Part shown: in pieces, positions 19,933 through 31,191 of the stretch
How positions within the stretch are numbered: the stretch's first letter is position 1
Layout: each line of letters opens with the position of its first letter
NCBI GenBank assembly: GCA_964187785.1
Contig: OZ076409.1
Span: 28,274,001-28,338,000, forward strand
Reading direction: 5' to 3'
From: Amphiscolops sp. MND2022
Lineage: Eukaryota
DNA length: 64,000 nt
Notes under the pieces: generated by a model
What the model was told of the DNA's origin: nothing
What the model saw: the letters and a program-made list of their open reading frames with translations, nothing else
The model's database searches: none
Translations under genes and position numbers: made by a program

Positions 19933-22900
19933 ATGGCCCATTGCCCAAACAATTCAGCGCCTGCAACAGGGTCTAATAGTGCAAGGCCCCAGGAATCTGC
20001 GCGAGCGCAGAGGGTCAATCAGGCCCAATATGTCGAAGCAAAGCTGCGGGACGGTCTTTCGCCAGTAGCCGTAGCTGGGGTGGCCGCCCTACTGACTCAG
20101 CTTGAATCGATGCAAATGCTGCCGAATGCATCTTTGTCAATCACCACGGAGGTGGCAAGCTATCGTCGCACCTTGACGTGCACCAACAATGCCTGGGATG
20201 GGCACGACCTGACTCACCAGTTCTTGGACGAAAGATCAATCGCAGTGCATGGCCCCAGCCAGGGCACCAGATTCGAACAAGAAACATCACTGCGTATGAT
20301 GCCCGTTAACGTCCCATCGCTGCCTTCCATTGCGGCACCAAATCCAGTGCAGACGACGCCGCATTCTAGCTCGATTGCTTATGGGGCACCATATGGAACC
20401 CGGGCAACGACGACGCAGAACATTACCAATCAACCAGCCTCAAGTCGGGAGCCCTCGGGGTCCCAACCGCCAGCAGTGCCTAATCTAAATCTGATCGGAC
20501 GGAGTGCCAGCGAGCAAGCGGTGATTGTGGCCCTGCAGGCTGTCGCCAACTACCCCAACTCCTCTGACTTCGTTCGTGCAGTTGAGCAAAGGATTCCCGG
20601 ATTGGCACATTACTTGCAAGCCGCAGCTCAGCCCTCGGGCTGCGTCACCCCACCCACCACCCTAGCCGAAGCTGTGTCTATGGAAGCAGAAACTACGGCT
20701 GGACCAAGCACCAGCGCCATGACCTATCCCCGTGAGGAAACTGGCCGGAAGCGACTTACTGAGGAAAACATCGTCGCTACACGCCATGATTCCGTGACCG
20801 ACAGTCCGACCAGTCGTCCCCCTCCGGACAAGCGAGCAGATGTACCCCACCAGTCGCAGATGAAAAGTGTGGTGGTCGTGAGGCCTCCATATCGCGTCGG
20901 CCACCTAGGCGTAGGCGCGCCTCAGATGTCCCTGGAAGAGGCCATTAACCGCTACGGCAGTGTGGATGCGAATCCTGGAACGAGTCCTGTGCCCTCGGGC
21001 ACAGGCTGTGCCAACATGTCCCTGGAGGTGCCCGAGACAATAGATGAGACCAGTCCTCCCGCCTTTCTTCCCCCGTCCGATGATGTATCCGGCACCGTGG
21101 TGACTGGCGATAGCAAACGCATCTGGATGGCGGCAGAGTGTTTGTACCCGAACACATGTGCGGTTAGAAGTAGAGCACCGCCGTCTGACGCCGAGCAGAG
21201 AGAAGTGAGCAGAATCACCATTGCGGCTCAGATAACTCGGTCGCTACGTGCCCGTGATGCGGACTTGAGTGAGCAAGCCTGGGAACAGCGTGCTCGAGAG
21301 CAACTGCCCGCGACACCCAACAACTATATGGCTCGCCTGCAGCATGACCTCACCGAGCAATTTCCCGCTAGGTACATGTTGCACGAAGGAGAAACCTGGG
21401 AAGCAAACGCCCGCTACGCTCGCAATATCAAGTCAATGAAGCCCCTCTTGAAAGCAGCTCTGCAGCGTGCGCGCTATTGTGTGGCAGTAGATTCGACACT
21501 CAAGAGTGATCTCCCCATCGACAACCTTCTGCCCGATGTGCTGGTATTAACAATGCCACTCTCCCGCTTCGCTGAGGTCGCGGAGATGGTCGCGGTCATG
21601 TACGACCCTAACCTGAGAGGGTCCCTAAGAGAGCCGCCCCCGCGACGTGTAGTCTTCACCAATCTGATCGACCACATGGCTTGTGAAGGACTGCTACGCA
21701 ACCTGGATGCCCTCATGGCAGATACCCGTAGACCTGGGAGTGTGGCGTCCTTAGTAAACGTGGTTGCAGACGCAATGGAGCGTGCAGCAGGGATCCTTCG
21801 GGGTCGTCTGGGAGCGCTCGCGCTCTTCGCATCCCCGCCGGGATTCATGTATTGGCAACGAAGCTTGCAGCAATTTGTGTACATCCTGTCTGAGGTATGC
21901 AAAGCGCGCCGAATCGAGTTTGCTATTTGCGCGCCAAATCTGCGGGTTGATCGAGGAGACCTACGCCCCGATGCATTGTCATACCCCGCCTTCTTTGCTG
22001 CCGTGTCGAGAGTGCTGATCGCTGTGGAACGATCAGGAAATGCACAACTGACTATCGACGACGCCATACTGTTCGATCATGGAATGTGTATGGGGCGAAT
22101 GGCCTTCGACTTGGACGGGAATCGCGTCATGCGGGCATCCAACATGAGTGAACGAGAGGCCGTCCGACGATACAACTGGTTGGTGCGGAAGGACAAAGAA
22201 ATTCCCGTACGAGCAGAGCTGGCAGAGCTAGTGAAGGAAATTGAAACCTGGCCTGCCACACGCACGGTCGAAAGGACCATTCCCCAAATTCGGTTTGCCG
22301 CGGGAATAGAACCCGTCAAGTTGCCCGTGGGCATGAGGTACGTCGTGGCTATAGAGGCGACCAACTTGAAGGCTGAAGTAGATGCCGCCGGAATAACGTA
22401 TGCCGAGTGGTATCAGTCCAGATTCGTGGACAGGACCCTGGCCGAGGTAGCTCAAGAGCTTAACTGTCCCTTGGAAGCCTTTTGTACCAGTCTCGGACTA
22501 GGCTGGAACATCGACGTAATAGCCTCTGAGTACTTGCTCACCAATGTGCAGACCGACAAATTGTTGGAAACCATCGGCGAAGCTACTGTAGGAGAGATGT
22601 TAGCGCTCGCGCTAGCCATGGGCCCGACGAAGTTTGTGGCAGGTCCCCTTGCTATGCTAGTCGAGTTGGTAGTGTCCAGTGATCTAGTCACCTTTTACAG
22701 CTACCTGATCCTCGCGCAGGGACAACTACGCAGCCTAACTCGATGGGGCCACCTCCTAAATTCCAAGGACCAGCAAGATTATGTCACCCAGCTGGAACGC
22801 ATGCGTGCGTCCCTCCAACATTGGTTGTACTCCACCCTAGTGTTCGCCTCTGGCTTGTTCGTAGGCGTGGATCAATCGCAACCCCTCCACCATTCCGAGC

Positions 22901-24213
22901 GTCAACTCCCTGCGGAAACGGCGGGATTCCCCATGCCTCAGCAAATCGCCGATTTGACTCTGGCCGAAGTGGAAGACTTCGTGGCCGTTATGGCTTCCGT
23001 CCTGGCTCCAATCTTCGGTGCGGTCGGTGTGTGCCGGTATCCCACCAAACCACTGGCGAGAGCAGTACAGGTGCATATGGTCTCCTTCTGCACCTATCTC
23101 CAAGGACGCCCCCCACTGACCTATCAGCGAATCGTGCAGGCTGTATTGAGTGGCGAGATGCCGCACGGGTACACCACCTTGAAGTCGGAGAAACAACTAG
23201 AAGAGAATTTGATGGGTCTGTTGCGTGCCCGCACACGAAAAGCGTGCCCTTTGCCACGAGAATACGGCCCAGTCAACTGGTACTCCGCACCCCTCAGCCT
23301 GAATGGAGTCCCCTTTAGATTCCCTTGGTCGCAGGAGTTCATTCGCAAGGTGATCCGTGCCAGCACTAGTGCTGGTCCACCAGTAGATCCCCTGTACGCC
23401 TTCAAATGCATCACCTTCCCAAATCACTATTGGAAGGAGCCACTGGGATGGCCTAGAGCAAAACCCGTTGGTCGCGCCCCTGAAGCCTTCAATCGACAAA
23501 TCCAGTATATGGAATTGGCTCAAATCCCAAACTGGATTGAAGGAGCAGCTCAGACTCGCCAGAGGAACCTGCAGAGCCGCGTGACTCCGTTCCCAAGAAA
23601 AGCTGCCTGGCGACCGCAGGCCAAGATGACAATGTCAGGGGATATGTCCATCGTCCAACACGATGAGATTAATTCTGTGCTAGGCTCCGAAGCCCGCGCA
23701 GAGTGGGAAGGACATTGTTTGGAGCTGGAAATTGCCAGCTTCCCCAAATGGAAGCGAGCTTGCGAGCTCTGGAGTCAGCCTGGCTGGGTCTCCAAACGGA
23801 TATCCTTGGCCGTGGAGAGTAGAGCTGAACTCGAGAGACAACAGGCGTTCGCGCCTACCATGCTGGCACCCACAATGGCCATGTCACTAAGTCAGCCCAT
23901 CGACCGGCCCGTGACTCTGGATTTGCCCACTCATATTCTGCAGGCAGAGCCTGTGAGTCCACCATCGACACAGGCCAGTCCTCAGTCATCGCAACCCCAG
24001 ACCGGAGAACACGACGCTGAACTGACCCCCAGCACTATCCTGGTGCAGCCAATCGCCGATTTAACGCTCCCAGAGGACCTGTCAGACTCGGAAACAGTAG
24101 TTACTGTGGTTCCTGCTCAACGTAGAGCGTCAATTGCGTCGGAAGATGCCAGCAATCCAGGAACTCCCGATGATGCCATAAAGAATCGAGCTCGACGCAG
24201 CTCAGCCCAATAA
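19933..24213 (+). CDS. Accessory ORF2 (1426 aa) of the giant LTR element; unknown function, central SGNH/GDSL-hydrolase-like domain
   Basis: Uninterrupted 4.28-kb ORF between pol and the 3' LTR with the same elevated GC as pol. P/S/T-rich termini; YCVAVDS...VVFTNLIDH...ASPPG...DLRPD pattern at ~21475-22030. Confidence 0.85.
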   Translation: MAHCPNNSAPATGSNSARPQESARAQRVNQAQYVEAKLRDGLSPVAVAGVAALLTQLESMQMLPNASLSITTEVASYRRTLTCTNNAWDGHDLTHQFLDERSIAVHGPSQGTRFEQETSLRMMPVNVPSLPSIAAPNPVQTTPHSSSIAYGAPYGTRATTTQNITNQPASSREPSGSQPPAVPNLNLIGRSASEQAVIVALQAVANYPNSSDFVRAVEQRIPGLAHYLQAAAQPSGCVTPPTTLAEAVSMEAETTAGPSTSAMTYPREETGRKRLTEENIVATRHDSVTDSPTSRPPPDKRADVPHQSQMKSVVVVRPPYRVGHLGVGAPQMSLEEAINRYGSVDANPGTSPVPSGTGCANMSLEVPETIDETSPPAFLPPSDDVSGTVVTGDSKRIWMAAECLYPNTCAVRSRAPPSDAEQREVSRITIAAQITRSLRARDADLSEQAWEQRAREQLPATPNNYMARLQHDLTEQFPARYMLHEGETWEANARYARNIKSMKPLLKAALQRARYCVAVDSTLKSDLPIDNLLPDVLVLTMPLSRFAEVAEMVAVMYDPNLRGSLREPPPRRVVFTNLIDHMACEGLLRNLDALMADTRRPGSVASLVNVVADAMERAAGILRGRLGALALFASPPGFMYWQRSLQQFVYILSEVCKARRIEFAICAPNLRVDRGDLRPDALSYPAFFAAVSRVLIAVERSGNAQLTIDDAILFDHGMCMGRMAFDLDGNRVMRASNMSEREAVRRYNWLVRKDKEIPVRAELAELVKEIETWPATRTVERTIPQIRFAAGIEPVKLPVGMRYVVAIEATNLKAEVDAAGITYAEWYQSRFVDRTLAEVAQELNCPLEAFCTSLGLGWNIDVIASEYLLTNVQTDKLLETIGEATVGEMLALALAMGPTKFVAGPLAMLVELVVSSDLVTFYSYLILAQGQLRSLTRWGHLLNSKDQQDYVTQLERMRASLQHWLYSTLVFASGLFVGVDQSQPLHHSERQLPAETAGFPMPQQIADLTLAEVEDFVAVMASVLAPIFGAVGVCRYPTKPLARAVQVHMVSFCTYLQGRPPLTYQRIVQAVLSGEMPHGYTTLKSEKQLEENLMGLLRARTRKACPLPREYGPVNWYSAPLSLNGVPFRFPWSQEFIRKVIRASTSAGPPVDPLYAFKCITFPNHYWKEPLGWPRAKPVGRAPEAFNRQIQYMELAQIPNWIEGAAQTRQRNLQSRVTPFPRKAAWRPQAKMTMSGDMSIVQHDEINSVLGSEARAEWEGHCLELEIASFPKWKRACELWSQPGWVSKRISLAVESRAELERQQAFAPTMLAPTMAMSLSQPIDRPVTLDLPTHILQAEPVSPPSTQASPQSSQPQTGEHDAELTPSTILVQPIADLTLPEDLSDSETVVTVVPAQRRASIASEDASNPGTPDDAIKNRARRSSAQ

Positions 24214-24967
24214 ACCCTGCCGCCAATGGGAGCGTTCGCGCTCCCTATAGACTCTAAACTCTACCGAAACTGTGCCTTCAAACTTATCGCTTTAGCCGGT
24301 GCTACCCTTACATGGTGCAAATTTTTGTTCATAGTTATTACTTAGTTATTGTACTGTTAGTAATGCGCTGGGTGTACGGTCAATAGAGTGCACCTGCCCC
24401 AGCTGCTTCGCCTACAAAGTAAAAAAGAATCTATTACCGAAGAAAAACTGTTATTTCTGTTGCGCACCGTTCGCGGTGTTTTTGAGTTGCCATGGTCTAG
24501 AAAAAGTCTTAGCCTTTTAGTTACGATTTTTGCCGTTTTTCCTTGTGTTTTGGTGCTCAAGCATTTTCTATCGACTGTCTAAGGAGTAGCCGAAGCGGCG
24601 CCCTCCCAAAAGAAGTTTTATGTTATCCGAAATTGATCGAAGACTGTAAATGTCAAGTTGCATAAAAAAGAAAATTTTAGCTGACCTTGGTCGCAAAAGA
24701 AATTTTAGCGAAAACTGCTTGCCCAAACGAGTTTTAACCGACTGAAAACCTTAGCTCTCGAGCTGGTGCTAAAACCTCGTTTGCACTTTTTGTAAAAATA
24801 CTAGGCAGTAAAGTTTTCTTTGAAAAAAACCGCGAAATTTGTCAAAAATAGTTGCTGAAAAACAAGGACTCGTCCTTGTCCCCTGTGGTGTGGATGATGA
24901 TCCCCAGCAGTCTCTGCGATGCCGTTTCCAGACGAGGCCAGATGCCGCTTGCCAGGGACGACAAGCC

Positions 24968-24984
24968 AGAAGCCCGGGGAGTGA
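24968..24984 (+). promoter_or_regulatory. Polypurine tract
   Basis: AGAAGCCCGGGGAGTGA immediately 5' of the 3' LTR start. Confidence 0.7.
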
Positions 24985-25698
24985 TGTAACGGCAACTGCC
25001 CATGTCAAAATTTTCGAAGCAAAAATTCGTTCAAGTCTGACGTGGCACTCAAACATGCTCCAGACGAAAGACCTGTCAAAAAAGCAGATCAGAAATCAGA
25101 AATCGCCCCCGCGAGAGACGACGAAAAGAGAAGACGTAGAAAACAGTCCCTAGAACACGGTGATGTGCCCATCTTTGGCGTTTGCACTACATAGGTAACA
25201 GAAACCGGTGTTCCAGATGCTCGCCTGAAGATCCTGCGGCGTCCTGTGCGGTGACGAGCGCTAGCGCTGGGAAGCCATGGTCAATTCGCTCCTGCTAAAT
25301 AACTCAAACTTCTGATATTGTTATGCTTATTGTGCTTTTCTTGTTGTAGTAGATTGATATGCTCGAGAGCTGCCCATTTACATCTATGGTTACCCCTTTT
25401 TGATGTCGATTTTATCAGATTCTCCAATACTATGGCTCAACATCCTCCTGTTTTCAGCCCCCTTTTTAAAGGCTAATTGAGCAGTGGTCTTGAGACGTGC
25501 AAGATGCCCGTTACTTTTAGCAGTTACAGACTAGGACCAGGCCAGAGAGTTTCCAACAAGACGGTTCCCCCACCTTGGGACTGGCTCCTTCGGAGGGAAA
25601 ATGAGCTAGGGCCGCGGAGATCTAAGTCCCGGATTACATTCGCTGTTCTAGTTCCTCCATTCTACGTTGCGGTTCAAGCGCCAGCGCTTATCGTTACA
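24985..25698 (+). repeat. 3' LTR (714 bp)
   Basis: Direct copy of 6804-7517. Confidence 0.97.
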
Positions 25699-28600
25699 TT
25701 TCATCAGCAAAGTTGCTGACACCGAAAAGCAGTGATCGATCTTTTTACACCTTTCAAAGAATAGCTGTCTCATCGTCCTCTCGCTACAGAGAACTTTCAG
25801 TGCTGAATCAACCGTTTTTTTTTCAAAAAAAAACAAAAACACACGCCATCAAAGTGTCATCTAAAAATGTTTCATTTGACTCATTGCGCTCCCCCCACAA
25901 AAATTTGGCTTCACCATCACCAAATCGGATTCTGAGACAGTGTTCCGCCATTTGATATGAACGGGAACCAGAAAATCTCCCAATTTCTTGCGTATGCGGT
26001 GAACTTCGTTATGTGTCATGTTAAGTTCTTTGTATACGTTTGCAAAGACGGTGAAACCGAACCGAAACTACAGCTGTTAGAATCAACGACCACTGAAGAT
26101 GTGGCCAAGTAAGACTTCAAAGCAAAAGGACTCAAGATACGAAATTTTGTCTGTTTTTCTCCAATTCCTTTGCTACATGCCAAAATGTCGACAGACAAAA
26201 TGCCGAACGTCAAAATGTCGAAAACTGAGGTCGAAATGTCCAATGTGTTTTTCGGCATTTTGACTTGCTTCTAAGACGTAAAAGTATATCTGTATACTTC
26301 TAAATGTATAAAACGTGCCTCGGAGATGTTCCCATATCCTATAGTGCCTTTTGGGGCCGCTCATGTTCCTATCTTGGTAAGCGAGGTCGGAAAAAAGCAA
26401 AGAGGGAAACGGAATGAGACCTACGGAATGAGACTTAAACCAGAACGTGAAGAAGACGTACACAAAATTCATTTTTCGGGAATAGGATATAAACTTTTAG
26501 GTCTTATTCCTATTTTTAAGCTTTTTCCGGTACATTGGTAATATTATATTGCTTTTTTGAGCTTTTCAGTCTAAATGGAATACGAAGTAATTGAAAAAGA
26601 AAAAAGTGAAACACAGAATTAGATCTGAAGGAATAAGATCTAAAAGGACATGCTAAACTGCCAAAAGGTGGGGAAAGTACTAAAAGTGCTTTAAGACATT
26701 TACGAAAGGTAATATTTTGTTCTTGAATAAAATTGATTTGAGATCTGAGTACTTCATAAAATCAATGGGGTAGAAGTTTATGAGTGAGAATATTGTTATT
26801 TATTGGTTATTTGTGTTGATTGTCTCAATTTCATCTGCTGGAGATTCTTTTCTTGAGATTCGGCAAATTTTACTGACTTCAAACGTTTTTTCCATCAAAA
26901 AACAATTCTTTTTCAAATCCGTATTTCAAGCTTTCTTCCCGTTTTTCAGGTCTTATACCACTATTTTTTGTTTTTAGGTATTCCTTTAGGAGACAATTCA
27001 GAAAGCCGAAATATTTCAAAGTATTCGAAACGTCAAAAATTGCCAAAATATTCAAAACGTCGAAAGAATTCCATAGCAGTGATTATTTTCAAGGGGTAAA
27101 TAGTCACTTGGCTCAAAGACACTTGACTCAAAGTCATTTGGCTTAAAGTCATTTGGTTAATCACATTTAGACACTTCGCTTAATTTTTCAAGCCAACCGT
27201 CTCGGGTAAATGGTCACTGACTTAATACGGGTGACCGTAACAGTATCTAAAGATTAATATTTGAAAACGTTTCGGCAATAATATCTAAAGCCGGCATGTC
27301 TGAAATTATTTTTTTTGGAACGACATCTAAAGTTTTAGATCCAATTCTCGGTTCAAGAAGGAACATTACTGACTTTTCCAATGGTTCTCGCATTTATTTT
27401 ATGTCATGATGGATTCCGAAAAGAAGGTACTCGCAAAGGGTCTGTTACAAACATTGGTGGATGATATTCTATTGAAATATAACTATATTTCATATCATTG
27501 CACCACAAGACGTGCCTTGGATATGTCCCCATTTCCTGTAATTCCACGCGGCCACTTAGGGCTGCTCATGTTCCCATCTTGCTAAGCGAGGTCGAACAGC
27601 AGCAAAGAAATAGCAGGAAAGGAGATTGTGAAGCGATTGTAGTGGGATGTGAGCTGGTTTTGTGACGGTGAGGTCGAGTATGCATACACCGAATATGCCC
27701 TCCTGTAAGGGGAAAGTACCTGTATTTTATTTCAAGTTCAAAAATGGAGAGACTAACTTGAAACCACACCGAGAATTACACTCAAGTTCGATGGAGTTTA
27801 ACTGAATTTGGAACTTTGTTTAAAAAGATGAAAGCGAGGCAGTGTTAACACAAAATGACCACATCGATTTTTTTGACATTGGATTAGAATGCGATGAAGG
27901 TAATGTCGAAGACTATACGAAATTGCATATTATGCGTTTTGACAGATTTTAGATACAATTATCAGTTTTAGATCTTATTGTGTTTTTTTGGAGACTATTC
28001 TTTCAAAATGGAGTTAAGATAATATTCCATTAGATATTCTTTTCTCGAGTTTTACAGAAATTATTTTTTGGAAACTGTTCCTGGTCCCCGCTTAAGACCA
28101 TTTGGCTGGAAAGCACTAAGATGGAAACGCATGGCAGATGTTGTTCGAAATTTTTGTTACCGGAGTCAGCTATGAGCGATCACATACGCTTAGTACCCTA
28201 AAGACAGGAGCGACCTGCCACATGGCTATGTCTACATGTGGCTATTTGGCGAAGAGAGCGAAGCTAAATACATTTATGCTAAATATTTCGTTAGTTTTCT
28301 GTTTCTTGAACATTTCATTGAAAATTCAAAACAGTTGTGGTCTTTATTAGGTTGTTTTTAACTATTGCTTAAATTAGAACGGACTTGGCCTATTTATGTA
28401 GTCATTTGGCTGGAAATTGGTTATTTGGCCTAAAACCACTAAACCTAAAGTCATTTGGTTTAACACATTTGGTCACGTGGCCTATTTGCTTACAGCCAAA
28501 CATCTCGGTGATAGTCATTTGGTTTCAAGTCATCGGGCTCAAAATCACTATGTTGGAAATGCGTGGCAGGTTTTGTCGAAAGTATTATTCTAACGTTGTT

Positions 28601-28947
28601 AGCTACGTTAACATACCCCGAATGCCCCGAATGCAGGAGTGAAGTGAAGTGAAGCGGAGCGACGTACCATATTGCCATGCCGCAATGTTGCTACTTGGAG
28701 AAGGGAGCGAAGCGACCGAGCCATACAAGAAATATGCTAAACATTTCGTTACAAACTTTAAATCTTTTTGATGTTTCTTAAACATTTCGTTAAAAATTCT
28801 ATTGAGTTTTGGTCTTGAATAGGTTGCTTTTAGCCATTGTCTGAGTTAGAATAGACTTGGCACGGTTTTGGGGCCATTTAGCCTAAACATTTTCAACACA
28901 TATTTTGCTGTTTAATTTAGATTGTTGTTTAACTAAAAAGAGACAAA

Positions 28948-29770
28948 GTGAATCAAGGCGCCATGGAAGATCAGCTCTACAGCCTTCAACTGGCGTCGGA
29001 GAAAGGGGCATCCAGCCGGCTCAAATCCTTACGCCTCAAAAGATTCGCTTTTTCATCAACGAAAACGGAGTTCCGCGATGGCCTTGCAATTCGAAATGGA
29101 TGGGAACCAAAAATTATCCCGGCAGCATGTCACCGCGGAGGAGATTTCGATCTAGTGCACGCAGTGCACTGTGCGAAAGGGGGAGACATCCATGAGATAT
29201 AACGAAATCCGCGACACTTTTGGAAAACTCATGAAAGATGTTTGTTTCGATGTAGAACCGTGAACCAAAGATTCAGCTGTTAGAAGGCGAGTCCTTGGAT
29301 AACAGAACAATGACAACTGGAAACGAGGCCAGATTGGATATCAAAGCAAACGGTCTATGGGAAACGAGATTTAATCGTACGTTTTTTGAAGTGAAAATTT
29401 TCAATCCTCATGTAAAATCTTACCTCAAAACGACGAAAGAAACCTATAATCTTCATGAAGCTCAAAAACGATTGAAGTACGAGCAACGAACAGACGAAGT
29501 TGAAAACAGCTTCTTTTACCCTGTCGTGTTTGTCACCACAGGTGGAACCGCTTCGACGACTGCCTCTAAGGTAATGAGCAGGCTTTCATTCAAACTGAGC
29601 GAAAAAGGATAAGACACTTACGCAGCTACTTATGCAGGACTACATAAGAACGAAAGTAAATTTTGTCCTACAGAAGAGCTCCGTTCTGTGCCTCCGCGTG
29701 TGCCGCTCACTCGAACGACAATCTGAAATAGTTGAGTCTGCGATCGGTGCGATAGTGGAAAAGGAAAGAC
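28948..29770 (+). mobile_element. Decayed 3' fragment of a CRE-like (restriction-like endonuclease) non-LTR retrotransposon
   Basis: Frameshifted translation EKGASS...EFRDGLAIR.GW...HAVHCAKGG, then ARLDIKANGLW...FFEVKIFNP...HEAQKRLKYEQR...FYPVVFVTTGG, the zinc-knuckle plus RLE pattern of CRE/R2-type LINEs. Confidence 0.75.
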
Positions 29771-31191
29771 TGTCATAGTGGCACCACCCCATGGTTTCCT
29801 TGACGTAGGGAACCATAATACGGTCAAATTTTTAGCGTCGAGTTTGAAGCTTCGTCCTAGTGTCGAATTCCCATTGTCGAAAGATCTTGGTCGAAGTAAT
29901 TGCGTCGATGCAAGTTTTAAATCACCAGAAACACATTTGCGTCGCAAATAATGTTTTTGGCCCGCCCTCGAACATGCCCCCATTTCTTCTAATGCACCGC
30001 GGCCCATTGAGTCCGCTTATGTTCCCATCTTGCAAAGCGAGGTCGAACAGGAGCAAAAACCTAGCGGAAATGGAGATCGCGAAGCGATCGAATTGAGAGC
30101 TGGTCTTTTCGACGGTGAGGGCGAGCGTGCCTACACCGTAAATGAACTCATATTAAGTGAGGAAAAGCTTGTTTGGTGTAGTTAGTAGCGGTATTATCAG
30201 CGAATTTAATCTGAAACAAACAGGAATATTTCGACTGAACTTCGACATAAATTCGACAATAATTCGACATTGGTTGTTCGACTAGATTCGAGGTTGTTCT
30301 TTGACTCTAACGATTTGTTTTTAGGAATTCGACGTGTCGAAACTCGACGCTGTTGAGGGACGCCCCTTGACGTGCATTTGGTTGCCAGATTCCACTTTAC
30401 AACGCGCAATGTCTAAAATTGTGATAATATTGCAGTAATTCATTAATTTTTTCCACTTACCCGGTTTTACAACATTTGTTATATGGGACCGTTAGTGACC
30501 CTGCTAGTAGTACCTGCAGCTTGCAGCGTTTACGACATCCTCTTCCAGTTCTTCCGTCTCGCCCACCTTTTACCAACCGGCTTCTTCCATATTTGTCCCA
30601 ACATGAAAAACGGGTTTCAATAGGCACGGTCAGGGATTGCAATACCAATACCAAAATCAAAACCATAAAACCAAAACAAAGCCCCTCAAAACCAAAACCA
30701 AAACTAGTAACGTTTTTCAATCAAAACTTCAAAACCAATGCCATTACCAAATCTCGTAATACCAATACGAAATTTTTGGACTGTTTTGAAATGTTTTCAA
30801 ATTTTCAGTTTTTTGCGACCCATTTGTTTTTCACTCTTCAAAATTTGGGTATTTTACTAATTTTTAGGTATGATGGTGTTTATGTGCAATAAAACCTGCG
30901 TTTTTCAGTTTTGGGATGGCTGATAACGGATAACAACTGCGTCGCGGTTGTGCCGCCTATTTAATATAGAGTTAACAAAACATCCCAAGCGGAAATCAAC
31001 TGAAAGTTTCTAGCCCATTATCGCAACGGTTTTAAAACGGAATAGAGAAAGTGCCTACGCTGAGGCGCATCGATAGAGGCGGAACACAGACCAGATTCTA
31101 AACATTTCATTTGATAAATGGTCTTCGATTGATGGAAAGAAGTTTATTGGCGTATATTTATACGTTGACACTGATAGCCTCTGTCTGGGTC

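Larger units (their letters stand above)
6804..25698 (+). mobile_element. Full-length giant Ty3/gypsy-type LTR retrotransposon (18,895 bp), apparently intact, with an extra 3' ORF
   Basis: Two 714-bp TGTAACG...CGTTACA LTRs, PBS, PPT, uninterrupted Gag-PR-RT-RH-IN polyprotein in gypsy order, and a second long ORF. Confidence 0.97.

Noticed and set aside
10052..23747. Many short antisense or alternate-frame ORFs overlapping Gag-Pol and ORF2 (e.g. 10052-10567, 21474-22067, 22743-23318)
   Set aside because: Shadow ORFs of GC-rich coding sequence with no recognisable motifs.
19933..24213. ORF2 as a canonical retroviral or errantiviral env
   Set aside because: No signal peptide and no clear cleavage-site, fusion-peptide or C-terminal transmembrane arrangement; position alone is insufficient.
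25699..26170. Possible coding remnant interrupted by the giant element (continuing 6385-6803)
   Set aside because: The joined minus-strand translation has stops and no recognisable domain.
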